This document shows, in pieces, positions 12,114 to 24,589 of a stretch of 64,000 bases of DNA (position 1 is the stretch's first letter; the number at the start of each line of letters is the position of its first letter). Made by a program: the position numbers and the translations under genes. Location: positions 8,308,001 to 8,372,000 of the forward strand of contig OZ024752.1 in NCBI GenBank assembly GCA_964016885.1, read 5' to 3'. Under the pieces are notes generated by a model, which saw nothing but the letters and a program-made list of their open reading frames with translations, was not told the origin of the DNA and ran no database searches. Origin of the DNA: Eledone cirrhosa. Taxonomy: Eukaryota.

Positions 12114-13940
12114 CTCTACCAATGTGGATTATAGTAAATATAGTGTAATAAGAGAACTATTTAATCTTTGTTGATAAAATTAACTTTCTCTTTTTTTCCA
12201 TTGTAATTTTATGAATATTGATACTTTACAATCACCATCATCATCGTTTAAAGTCCATCTTTCACTCTAGCCTGGGTAGGATAGGCTGACTCTGTGAGAG
12301 AATCAGGTCAGAGGACTGTGTTTTGCTCACCCTGGCCTGATTTTGCTTGGTTTCTACAGCTGGATGCCCTTCCTCTCACCAATATCTATAAGATTACTAT
12401 ATTATTTACTAATGTATAATTCTACTTTTGGCATAGTTTTTCTGGCTGGATGCTCTCCCTATAACTAACCAGTCTACAGCATAGTTTGGGTGCATTTTAT
12501 AGAGTGACCAACACTACATTCAGTCAGTTTTTATTCAAAGTTACAACTCTCCTAGATGTGTTACCTTCACAACAGATGGTGGAGTCCACATTTTGTCCAT
12601 GATGTTTTTATATGGAGTTGCTACTCTCCTTGACAGGTTATCAAATATGTAAGTACTTGCAGAGACCCACATCTTCCCCAAATGCACTTTATGAAAGTTG
12701 GCCTTAAAGAAATCTGGCAGCCTATGGAAACTGTATGATCTGGTTCTTATTGCCTAATCTGTGGAAGAGCTTGAGAAGAAATTCCTGTTGGGTTTCTGGG
12801 TTATTCCCCTTCGTCAAGACTATGTAGATCTCTCCTGTCACTAGAACTCTTGAGAATATATAGTTTTCTCTAAAGTATACATAGGCTGATTAGCCTAATT
12901 TGCATACCAAGTGATTTTATAGCTAGCTTTGCCGAAAATTAAAAACAAAATTAGAATTTAGTTTTTAATTTTTTGCTCTGAAGAGTGACACACGAAGGGC
13001 AATAACGCAGAAACAATATTGTTGATAGTTTCTCTCTGTCACCGCTAGAACAAAAGAATGACGATTGTCAGCTAAAACACAGCACAATGAGGCTGTTTGC
13101 TTGCAAACGAATCGAATATTATAATTATTTAATATAAAACTCATGAATATATGAAATATTTAATCATGTCATAACAGCATATATGTATAATCATCACCAT
13201 TTAATGTCTATATTCCCACACTAGCATGGGTTAGACGAGTTGTCCAGATGTGCGCTAAACCAGAGCAGATGACCGTCTCCAGCTCACATTGGATTGATTG
13301 TAGCTTGGTTTCTGCAGTTGGATGTCCTTCTTAACACCAACCACATTTACAGTGTGGAATATCTTATATTTTATCATGTCATAATAGTATAAATGTATAA
13401 TACCTTATATTCTAGATCTTACAGACATTCTTTTGTGTGAAATCTTATAAAATTCTGTTATAAGGAATACCATTATAACAAATTTTTCAGTATAACAACA
13501 TATTTTCAATCCCTGAGGTAATAACAAACAAACGCTTCATTAGTTTCGGTCGATCTCATTATAAAGAAATTTTTGTTAGAACCAATTTTTTTTATACCCC
13601 GTGAATTTCACTGTATATCCTATCAAGAGAATGATTCTGTGAGCAAGATATATATGATTATATCATCATCATTACATCCACTTTTCCATGCTTGCATGGG
13701 TTGCACTATCATATATTATTACATAATGAAATATTTCATGTTAGACTTTGTCTATTTATTATTTCTTTTATTTATATCACGGTCCCTTCATAAGCCGATG
13801 GTTAAACAAAATGTTAACTTACCAGTGTAAATGTATCTTTTAACGTAAAATAAATGAAATATGACTGATATAATTTGTGAATCATCTTCAATGTTTTATA
13901 TGGATATTAATGGATGTTAATAAACTCATACATACATACA

Positions 13941-13996
<56 letters not shown>

Positions 13997-15364
13997 AAGT
14001 ACAAAACAATCACATTTTTGTTTAATGCAGTTTTAATTGCTGACGATTGTTTCTTCCAAACAAATGTTTGGAATCATCAGAGCATAGGCAATGTTTAAAC
14101 AAGCAATTACATTCCTAGTCCATAGAACATACATAAAGTTACTTACTGGTAATTGGGTAGTACAAATTACTATCCTTTCATATTTATAATTATATATAGT
14201 TTATATATAAGTATAAATACTATTATTATTATATATATATCATCCTCATCGTTTAACGTCTATCCTCCATGCTAGCATGGGTTAGATATATATATATATA
14301 TGTGTGTGTGTTAAGTATTTCCGTAGGAAAGGTAAAGGAAAGAAGAGTGCTCTATATATAGTGCAGAACTATTTAATTACATAATAAACAACACACTACA
14401 ATTATTCCATTACCAAAGGTTTTAGGAGACTAGATGATCACTTCAGAAACGTCCAGCTTGTTCCTCAGATGAAATAGTTATGTTTTGGGTATAAGAAAAT
14501 CTTAATAGAATAATTTTATTATGTAAGTAAATAATATATTTCAGAAGATCCCGTTAAGGGTGAAAGCAGCGATTCTTTGCTTAAACTTTAATCTGTTATT
14601 TTAATAAATATTTGCTCTACGGTTCTTATATACTTGATATATATTTATCCTTATCGAGCCCTCTTTGGATTTTAGTCTTCACATTTATTATTATTACTAT
14701 ATATATACATATATACATACATATATATATATGTATATGTTTGACTTACAAAGGATTGGGAACTTTGAAAAAATAGTTGCCACAATGCAGATAACTATAA
14801 TAATAGTTGAATAAAAGAGAGTAAAGAACCCCTGGAGATGGAAAAGGTTGGTAGAGATGCCTGGGAGGAATTGGCCAGCATGTAAATGATGAGAGGTTAA
14901 ATTCCTTGCAGGTGTCTCTTTTTTTTCTGTGTCTGTGTCCAGGTGTATTTACCTGGGTTTATTCAACTGTTATTTATATTTATATATCATATTCCACCAG
15001 ACTGTGGTAGGGCTGATAACATTGTTAGAACTCAATATGTCCTTGGAAAGATGGTTGCAGCGAGATTAGGTGGTGTGGTCAGTAGTTTTTGTGGTAGGTG
15101 ACCACTGCATAAGGTTTTCCTTGAAAAACATCTGTTTTAATGTTTCTGAAGAAGACGGTTGATTGAACAGTAATTTCGAGACAAGAAATAGGTAGTAAGC
15201 TAATCACTACCATGTTAGTCGATACATCGATCTTTCATGATCAAATGACTCTCTGAAACGATCGTAAAACAATGAAGTAATTAACTTCCCCCCTCAGGTG
15301 GTTGTGAGGGGGCAGTGACCCCAAAAAAATTTGAGAACATCTGGTTTACAGGAAGGTAAGCAGG

Positions 15365-15530
15365 TGGTGAATTGCCAGAGTTCTTTGTTAGAACGTTGGA
15401 TAGAATACTTTGTGGTTTCCATTCCAGCTCTCTATTCTCTGAGTTCAAATCCCGCCGAGGTCAACTTTGCCTTTCATCCATTCGGGGCTGATATAAAAAA
15501 TATCAGTCAAGTACTGGGGTCGATTTTTCC
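15365..15530 (+). mobile_element. tRNA-derived SINE, family B (MetaSINE-like central domain)
   Basis: B-box GAGTTCAAATCC followed by GTCAACTTTGCCTTTCATCC...GATA. Other copies at ~24910-24975, 36180-36365, 39660-40312, 42850-43010, 46010-46160 and 61645-61815. Confidence 0.7.
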
Positions 15531-15689
15531 TCTATATCTCTTTCTCACTGTCTATCTCTGGAAGAAATCTGGAGACGGGTGAGCTCTACCTTGTTTTAAA
15601 ATGCCATAGAAACACCGTATATCGCCCTGGTCCCTCTAACAACTTCCCCGGGAGTTACAGGACTACACCTTACCAGAAATAGGGTAGAT

Positions 15690-16210
15690 CAGAGGTCCCC
15701 AACCACCAGGCCACAAAGAAATAATTAACTTGTTTAAAATTATATAATAGATAAATTGAATATTGGACTTTAATTAAAAAAGATTTATTTAACCCTTTAG
15801 TATTTACATTACTCTATATATACTATTGTATTTTCACAGTAAAGGCTTTACCTCACATAACATTTACATTACTCTATATATACTATTGTATTTTTGTGGT
15901 AAAGGCTTTATCTTACATAATTATCTCATATATTATTGAATCTACAAGATTTTGATATTTATTTTGAGAACAATACCTTAACATTAATACGGCCAGTTAT
16001 GGTCAGTTTGAAGAAAAGGAGGTGAGAGAATTCTGGCTGGATATGGCCGGTTTAAATGCTAAAGGGTTAAATATTCAATATTCATCTACTTTAATAAATT
16101 GCTCTCTTTATCGAAATACACTTAAATAACACATATGTCCAACTACAGTCCGCAGAAAGATTGTCCGGCATAAAGCCGGTCCGTGATATAAAAAAGGTTG
16201 GAGACTACTG
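15690..16210. mobile_element. hAT (Charlie-like) MITE containing a nested piggyBac-type MITE (15789-16070)
   Basis: TIRs CAGAGGTCCCCAAC / GTTGGAGACTACTG with an imperfect 8-bp TSD (GGGTAGAT / AGATAGAT). The inner element is TTAA-CCCTTTAG...CTAAAGGG-TTAA. Confidence 0.75.
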
Positions 16211-16759
16211 AGATAGATAATTCAACAAAGCTGCTAGAAATAGCAGTCAAATCTCCCATAAATTATAGTCTTGTGTCATCAAATATAAGGACGTATACTT
16301 TAGATAATTTATTTGAGGTAACATAACGAGTTAATAATTTAATATATTTCAAATACTTACATGTTAGCGGGAAAGTGAAATATGTGACCCGACCTTTTCA
16401 GGTCAGAGTTGAAGTCAACGAGGTCAATGAAATTTTCTTCCTGCAACACTCAGTCCCCTATCGGATAATTTAAATAAATTAAACAAAGGGGAACAACTGT
16501 CACCACACTAAACTGTAATTAAGAGTTAATTATACCAAGGTTATTTCTATCGAGAAACTGTAAGTTAACAACGATGTTTTTAAAGTCTGTAACAAGGTTT
16601 ATAAAAAATAGATTTATGTCATATTTTAGTTGTACAACAATTATATTGAAGTGAAAATATATAAAAGCATAGGAAAAATATATTTCGTGTCCTGACTTAA
16701 AACGTACAAGAAAATAACTTTCAAGTTGAAATGTGGAATTGTTATTTTTGAAAACGAAT

Positions 16760-17018
16760 AGGCTATGTAGCCGGTAAACCTTAAAGGGACGCAACACACA
16801 TCGCTATAACGTTTCACCAGCCCCCTGTCTGTTGTCTGAATCTGTTTATATATTTATCTGTAGATGTGTGTATGTAACTAAAGTGTAACGTACGTTACCA
16901 ATGGACGACTAAATGATTTTAACTTGTCTTTTAACAATTTATGGTTGAAAAGATTTCAAATTGTCTTAACTCCTGCTACAACTCATCGTGTCTGACACTC
17001 TTACCGGCTACATAGCCT
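16760..17018. mobile_element. MITE-like element with perfect 18-bp inverted termini
   Basis: AGGCTATGTAGCCGGTAA (16760-16777) and TTACCGGCTACATAGCCT (17001-17018). Confidence 0.7.
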
Positions 17019-17499
17019 CTTCCTTTTGAAAACCTACTGAAATAGCGTGATTTATAGGTAAATACTACATTTTTCAGCCTGTGACATTCGGGAGAGTTGG
17101 GCCGCTGACAAGGGTGCTTGGCTGTTCCAGCGCTTTAGCCTCGCTATTAAACTCGGCAGTGATGTCAGTGTCTTGGTTTACCTCAACTTCCGCTAAATAC
17201 CAACATTTACTTTGTACTGTGTAATAGAGTGTACTATACGTGTTTTGTCTTTGTTTCTGGCCTTTTTATACCAAGTAACAGAAAGAGAGAGAGAGTGTGT
17301 GTGTGTGTGGAAAGAGAATGATAGAAGAAGTAATGAGAATGAAAGACAATGATTGTCAGGTTTGGTAAGGAAAGAATAGTGAAAAGAGTGCTGGAGGTAG
17401 CAATAGAAGAGAGTGGAGCATTAAATGATAGTAATAGAGATGAATGGATGTTAAGAGATGTTGATGAAGGGTCACATAGTGGGAGAGAGGTGGTGTGTG

Positions 17500-17653
17500 C
17501 AGGGCCTCCAAGAGAAATTTTGTAAGGCGGTACAAGACTCCTTTGGGGTCCGAAACATGGATGTTGCATGGCTGCTGTAGGGCCTTCTTAGCTCTTGGGT
17601 CCTGGAACAAAGTACTGGATGGACCCCTCGCCCCCTCCCTTTCATAGGCCCTG
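17500..17653. mobile_element. Small hAT-like MITE
   Basis: Termini CAGGGCCT...AGGCCCTG, flanked by GGTGTGTG / TGTGTGTG. Confidence 0.55.
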
Positions 17654-17814
17654 TGTGTGTGTGGTGGTTAGCAGTAAAGGTGATGAGAGTTAGAGTATCA
17701 TATAATTTTAATAAATTAAAAAGTAAAGTTCAAATGTCCAGGTGAAGGTTTATATTCTAAGTTTATCAATATAAAAATGTATTTAAATTTCCACAGTTGA
17801 ATCTCAACTTTTTA

Positions 17815-19120
17815 ACTATTCTCTATTTCTAATACTATCTTTTATATCTAATACTGTCCTCTATATCTAATACTGTCCTCTATATCTAATACTGTCCCCT
17901 ATATCTAATACTGTCCCCTATATCTAATACTGTCCTCTATATCTAATACTGTCCTCTATATCTAATACTGTCCCCTATATCTAATACTGTCCCCTATATC
18001 TAATACTGTCCCCTATATTTAATACTGTCCCCTATATCTGATACTGCCCCCTATATCTAATACTGTCCCCTATATCTAATACTGTCCCCTATATCTAATA
18101 CTGTCCTCTATATCTAATACTGTCCTCTATATCTAATACTGTCCCCTATATCTAATACTGTCCCCTATATCTAATACTGTCCCCTATATCTAATACTGTC
18201 CTCTATATCTAATACTGTCCCCTATATCTAATACTGTCCCCTATATCTAATACTGTCCCCTATATCTGATACTGCCCCCTATATCTAATACTGTCCCCTA
18301 TATCTAATACTGTCCTCTATATCTAATACTGTCCCCTATATCTAATACTGTCCCCTATATCTAATACTGTCCTTTATATCTAATACTGTCCCCTATATCT
18401 AATATTGTCCCCTATATCTAATACTGTCCCCTTTATCTAATACTGTCCCCTATATCTGATACTGTCCCCTATATCTAATACTGTCCTCTATATCTAATAC
18501 TGTCCCCTATATCTAATACTGTCCCCTATATCTAATACTGTCCTTTATATCTAATACTGTCCCCTATATCTAATACTGTCCTCTATATCTAATACTGTCC
18601 CCTATATCTAATACTGTCCCCTTTATCTAATACTGTCCCCTATATCTGATACTGTCCCCTATATCTAATACTGTCCTCTATATCTAATACTGTCCCCTAT
18701 ATCTGATACTGTCCCCTATATCTGATACTGTCCCCTATATCTAATACTGTCCTCTATATCTAATACTGTCCCCTATATCTAATACTGTCCTCTATATCTA
18801 ATACTGTCCCCTATATCTAATACTGTCCCCTATATATAATACTGTACCCTGTATCTAATACTGTCCCCTATAATACTGTTCTCTATAATACTGTTCCCTA
18901 TATCTAATACTGTACCCTGTATCTAATACTGTCCCCTATATCTAATACTGTCCTCTATATCTAATACTGTCCCCTATATCTAATACTGTCCCCTATATCT
19001 AATACTGTCCCCTATATCTAATACTGTCCCCTATATCTAATACTGTACCCTGTATCTAATACTGTCCCCTATAATACTGTCCCCTATATATAATACTGTC
19101 CCCTATATCTAATACTGTTT
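17815..19120. repeat. 19-bp minisatellite (CTATATCTAATACTGTCCC), expanded version (~68 units), directly upstream of a splice acceptor
   Basis: Same unit, same upstream anchor (AAATTTCCACAGTTGAATCTCAACTTTTTAACT) and same acceptor (TTATTTCAG, AG at 19133-19134) as at ZF1. Confidence 0.95.
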
Positions 19121-19653
19121 CTCTATTATTTCAGAATATCAGATGACATTGACATAACAGAATATATCACTCGAAATCCATCATCAATGTTTATCATCTT
19201 TTAAAGACTAAAGGAACATTTTATACAGAACAGATATAACCCTGTTTATATAAATTTATGGAAGAATTACTGTGAAATATTTCCTCTGAACTGAGATTAA
19301 TAGCAACATTTCTCTACTTCATTGTCTGGAATATGTACAAGATGGTTTTATATTCTAATGAAACTTGGATAGATTTACAAAGGATTTAGCAACATTTTCA
19401 GATATCAACAAAGATCACAGTTCATAGAAATATAACAACAGAAATATTTGTTAGGAATAAACTGCAAATAGAAAATGAACTAAAACATATCTTGATTTAG
19501 TAACATCTACAGATATTGATTGTTGATGGAAATCTACCAGAAGAAATACTTGTTAGGAATAAATTATAAATAAGAAGAAAAATAATGGAAAATGAATCAT
19601 GTGAAAGCCAAGTGAAATGTAAAAAAGAGCCTAAATAGATTGATTTTCTTGAT

Positions 19654-20853
19654 ATGATGGAAGAGACAGGAAAATCTTCATATCGCTGTGATATCTGTAA
19701 AAAGACATTCTCTCATAAAACTAACCTGACTAGACATAAATGTATTCATACAGGAGAAACACCACACTACTTTGATATCTGTGGTAAATCATTCTCTGGA
19801 AATACTGACCTAAATACTCACAAGCATATTCATACTGGAGGAGAGACATCATTTTGCTGTGATATCTGTGGTAAATCCTTCTCTAGAAATCACCATTTAA
19901 CTAGACATAAACACATTCATACAGGAGAGAAACCATATCACTGTGATATCTGTGGTAAATCATTCACCCGAAATGATCACTTAGTTACTCATAAAGGCAT
20001 ACATACAGGGGAGAAATCACATCACTGTGAGATCTGTGGTAAATCATTTTCCAAAAATGATCAATTAACTACTCACAAATGTATTCATACAGGAGAGAAG
20101 CCATATCACTGTGATATTTGTAGTAATTCATTCTCTGAAGTAAATGCCTTAACTGAACACTTATGTACTCATAAAGGAGAGAAACCATATCATTGTGATA
20201 TTTGTGGTAAATCATTCTCTAGAAATGATCAATTAACTAAACACAAATGTATTCATACTGAAGGAAAACCATATCACTGTGATATTTGTGGTCAATCATT
20301 CTCTAAAAATTATCGCTTAACTAGACACAAACACATTCATACAGGAGAGAAACCATATCACTGTGATATCTGTGGTAAATCATTCTCCCGAAATGATCAT
20401 TTAATTAGTCACAAAAGTATACATACAGGAGAGAAATCACATCACTGTGAGATCTGTAGTAAATCATTCTCTGCAGCAAGTCACTTAACTATACACAAAC
20501 GTATTCATACAGGAGAAAAACCACATCATTGTGATGACTGTGGTAAATCATTCTCCGTTGCAAGTCATTTAACTAGACACAAACATATTCATACAGGAGA
20601 GAAACCCTTTCACTGTAATATTTGTGGTAAATCATTCTCTGATGGAAGTCACTTAACCAGACACAAACATATTCATACAAGAGAGAAACCACATCATAGT
20701 GACATATGTGGTTCATCATTCTCTGTACGGAGTCACTTAAGTAAACATAAACGTATTCATACAAAAAAAAAGCCACATAACTGTGATATATGTGGTAAAT
20801 CATTTTCTCAAAAAGGTCAGTTAGCTACCCACGTATATATCCATACACAGTAA
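19654..20853 (+). CDS. C2H2 zinc-finger protein, 14 tandem fingers, two degenerate (399 aa)
   Basis: Fourteen 28-aa units with TGEKP-type linkers. Finger 2 (YFDIC) and finger 13 (HSDIC) have lost the first Cys. Confidence 0.92.
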   Translation: MMEETGKSSYRCDICKKTFSHKTNLTRHKCIHTGETPHYFDICGKSFSGNTDLNTHKHIHTGGETSFCCDICGKSFSRNHHLTRHKHIHTGEKPYHCDICGKSFTRNDHLVTHKGIHTGEKSHHCEICGKSFSKNDQLTTHKCIHTGEKPYHCDICSNSFSEVNALTEHLCTHKGEKPYHCDICGKSFSRNDQLTKHKCIHTEGKPYHCDICGQSFSKNYRLTRHKHIHTGEKPYHCDICGKSFSRNDHLISHKSIHTGEKSHHCEICSKSFSAASHLTIHKRIHTGEKPHHCDDCGKSFSVASHLTRHKHIHTGEKPFHCNICGKSFSDGSHLTRHKHIHTREKPHHSDICGSSFSVRSHLSKHKRIHTKKKPHNCDICGKSFSQKGQLATHVYIHTQ

Positions 20854-20929
20854 TAACTGTGTCAGCTACACATGTAGCCAACGACTTTACATAGTGTACT
20901 GGGTGTCTTTTATGGTGGCACCAACATTC

Positions 20930-21120
20930 ATTTTACTGATGTCAAGGACATTGCCGGTATTGATTTTTATGATGTCAAGGACATTACCGCCATTGATTTT
21001 ACTGATGTCAAGGACATTACCGTCATTGATTTTGCTGATGTCAAGGACATTACCGTCATTGACTTTACTGATGTCAAGAACATTGTCATCATTGATTTTA
21101 CTGATGTCAAGGACATTACC
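20930..21120. repeat. 33-bp minisatellite (~6 copies) in the probable ZF2 3' UTR
   Basis: ACTGATGTCAAGGACATTACCGTCATTGATTTT repeated in tandem. Confidence 0.88.
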
Positions 21121-21741
21121 CGATCAATGTTGAGAGACATAGGAGAGAAGCTCCATGGTAGATCATCATCATCACCGTTTTACGTCCATTCTTCCACGCT
21201 AGCATGGGTCAGACAATGTCTCTTCTATTTTATTGTTACACAACATCTCTGATCTGGCTACTTCATGCCACCTCCACCCAATACATATGTTACCTTACAC
21301 AATAACCTTAAGTTTAATTAACATATTAATCACTTCGTTAGCCTCAGCTCTATGTAAATTTGATATATTAATTACATATGCAAATAAAGTCTGTTTTGGT
21401 TAATTTTATTAATTTTTTTGTTCAATTTTTGCCTAAAACATAGTGAAATATGGCATAAAATTCCATATTTTGAAAATATTTGGTTAAAAATAAAGTGATT
21501 CCTAAAACATTATTTATGGTGAACTCAACCATGACACTAATTAACATTGAGTAGTTAAAACTGTGTGAATGTTGTCGGAATATGATGAAATCAGGTAAAC
21601 TGAGAGAGAGGGGGGGGGGGGGCTCCTATCATGTCAAGTAAGGACAAACAAATAATCAGGGAAAATGATCCAAGCAATGATTCCATGGGAAAACATTTCC
21701 TGTGATCTTTTAAAACAAGAATATCTGGACACCTGAGGTTG

Positions 21742-23036
21742 TATTGACAACATACCTGGGAGACTGGAGAGTTATGTTGACATACGTGGGAGACTGGAGA
21801 GTTATGTTGACATACCTGGGAGACTGGAGAGTTATATTGACATACCTGGGAGACTGGAGAGTTGTATTGACAACATACCTAGGAGACTGGAGAGTTATAT
21901 TAACATACCTGGGAGACTGGAGAGTTGTATTGACAACATACCTAGGAGACTAGAGAGTTATATTAACATACCTGGGAGACTGGAGAGTTATATTAACATA
22001 CCTGGGAGACTGGAGAGTTATATTAACATACCTGGGAGACTGGAGAGTTGTATTGACAACATACCTGGGAGACTGGAGAGTTGTATTAACATACCTGGGA
22101 GACTGGAGAGTTGTATTGACAACATACCTAGGAGACTAGAGAGTTATATTAACATACCTGGGAGACTGGAGAGTTATGTTGACATACCTGGGAGACTGGA
22201 GAGTTATATTAACATACCTGGGAGACTGGAGAGTTATATTGACAATACCTAGGAGGCTGGAGAGTTATATTGACAACATACCTGGGAGACTGGAGTGTTA
22301 TATTAACATACCTGGGAGACTGGAGAGTTATATTAACATACCTGGGAGACTGGAGTGTTATATTAACAACATACCTGGGAGACTGGAGTGTTATATTGAC
22401 ATAGCTGGGAGACTGGAGTGTTATATTAACAACATACCTAGGAGACTGGAGAGTTATATTAACAACATACCTGGGAGACTGGAGTGTTATATTGACATAG
22501 CTGGGAGACTGGAGTGTTATATTGACATAGCTGGGAGACTGGAGTGTTATATTAACAACATACCTGGGAGACTGGAGTGTTATATTGACATAGCTGGGAG
22601 ACTGGAGTGTTATATTAACAACATACCTGGGAGACTGGAGAGTTATGTTGACATACCTGGGAGACTGGAGTGTTATATTAACAACATACCTAGGAGACTG
22701 GAGTGTTATATTAACAACATACCTGGGAGACTGGAGTGTTATATTGACATAGCTGGGAGACTGGAGTGTTATATTGACATAGCTGGGAGACTGGAGTGTT
22801 ATATTAACAACATACCTGGGAGACTGGAGTGTTATATTGACATAGCTGGGAGACTGGAGTGTTATATTAACAACATACCTGGGAGACTGGAGAGTTATGT
22901 TGACATACCTGGGAGACTGGAGTGTTATATTAACAACATACCTAGGAGACTGGAGAGTTATATTGACAAATACCTGGTAGACTGGAGAGTTACATTGATA
23001 ACATACCTGGGAGACTAGAGAGTTATATTGTCAACA
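21742..23036. repeat. 30/33-bp minisatellite (~41 units)
   Basis: ACATACCTGGGAGACTGGAG(A/T)GTTATATT(G/A) with an optional ACA insertion. The 280-aa ORF at 22176 is its periodic translation. Confidence 0.95.
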
Positions 23037-23739
23037 TGATTAGGGAAATGATAGAGATGACTGGAAAGAATACAAAACATCTTTGTTGTTGACAACTGTA
23101 GTCTTGATCTAGTTGACAGTAATAGATAGTTGTCCTGTTCAATCAGCAGTTGACATTGCTAAAATCTGTCCAGCAATTCTTTCCTGAGACATTCTAACCC
23201 CATGCCTATAGTATCGGAGCTGTGATCTCTCAATTCGGAGAAGTAACAGCTCTACCTGGAGCAAACTGAGGACGTTGAATTAATAATTACAAAATTTTAT
23301 TTAAAAACAATAAATTTCTCAAGAAACCAAACTTTTTTTTTTACAATCCATTGAAAATTTCTAACTTTTCATTGGAAAATTTCTACTTTTCACTGAAAAC
23401 TGGTATATACAAAAACGCTGTTCAATTGTCATTCCAAACAGACGGTAAGATGTAGTTGTGGGGCACTATTTAATGCAAATACACTGTATATACATTAATA
23501 TACTGTATATATATATATAAGATTCTTATCTTCACTCACCTAACAGACGTAACTGTTGATACTTGTCAGGGCGCTTGGTTATTTCAGCGCCTCAGCCTCA
23601 CCATCACCCGAGGTAAAATTGTGATTGTGCTGGCCTGCCTCAAAAATTATTAGAGAGGTTTCCCAGTGTTCCTCCTGATATTATCTTAAGCTCTGGTAGT
23701 GGTTCGTTTGTCCACCCCTTTTGTCTGCCTTTTGTTGGA

Positions 23740-24035
23740 TGTGGTCCCGGATGTGTGTATTACCAGCTTATGTGTATGTATTACCTGGTGGTGTGTTGTA
23801 TGTGGTCCTAGATGTATGTATTACCTGCTTGTGTGTTGTATGTGGTCCCAGATGTGTGTATTACCTGCTTGAGTGTTGTATATGGCCCTAAATGCATGTA
23901 TTACCTGCTGGTGTGTTGTATGTGGTCCTAGATGCATGTATTACCTGCTGGTGTGTTGTATGTGGTCCTAGATGTGAGTATTACCTGCCTGTGTGTTGTA
24001 TGTGGTCCTAGATGTGTGTATGACCTGCTTGTGTG
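23740..24035. repeat. 40-bp minisatellite (~7 copies)
   Basis: TTACCTGCTTGTGTGTTGTATGTGGTCCTAGATGTGTGTA repeated in tandem. Confidence 0.88.
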
Positions 24036-24184
24036 TGTTTTTTCTATTTCTATTTTTTCATTTCCCTTTCCTTTGTATATATTATATGTGTTTTCGTTCT
24101 GTAAGCATTATATTATTATATTTTTTTATACAACTGCGAATAAAATATTGATATATATAAACATAACACAATAACATTTGAACC

Positions 24185-24470
24185 ATTGGTAATGAAGGAG
24201 GACGTCCGCAAAAGAATCCCCCAGCACGTGAGCCACATTGAAGAGAAACAAACTGAGATAGTATGGACATGAGATAACAAGATCGGACGGACTCTCCAAG
24301 ATAATTTTCCGAGGAACAGTGCGTGGAAAAGAAAAGGTGGAACAGACAGAGGAAGCTGTGGAGAGGAAAGAACTTTAGCACAACCCAAAACACTTACCCA
24401 CGACCGCCAGAGATGGAGGCAGTGTCCCAAAGACCCAGGAAAGGGTTAAGGGACCACAATGGTGAATCAA
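24185..24470 (+). mobile_element. Decayed LINE (RTE-like) 3' ORF remnant just upstream of the SDHAF2 start
   Basis: Frame-shifted pieces (NEGGRP/EDVRKRI, LKRNKLR*YGHEITRSDGLSKIIF, RWR) resemble the RTE C-terminal RRLRWYGH region. Confidence 0.45.
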
Positions 24471-24529
24471 GGTGGTTAACACAGCCAAGTTGATAGAAGA
24501 GTTACTTCCCTTTAATAACACCAATAAAC

Positions 24530-24589
24530 ATGGCTGCAATGTTGTCAAATTCCCTGCTTCGCAATATTATTACACGTCGTTTCTATCAG
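24530..24589 (+). CDS. SDHAF2: SDHAF2 exon 1 (mitochondrial presequence-like MAAMLSNSLLRNIITRRFYQ)
   Basis: AAACATGG start context; 20 Arg/Ser-rich codons with no acidic residues; CAG|GTAAGT donor; phase 0 matches exon 2. Confidence 0.8.

Noticed and set aside
22176-23018. 280-aa repeat ORF (IPGRLECYID)n
   Set aside because: Translation of the 30/33-bp minisatellite; the frame switches within the array.
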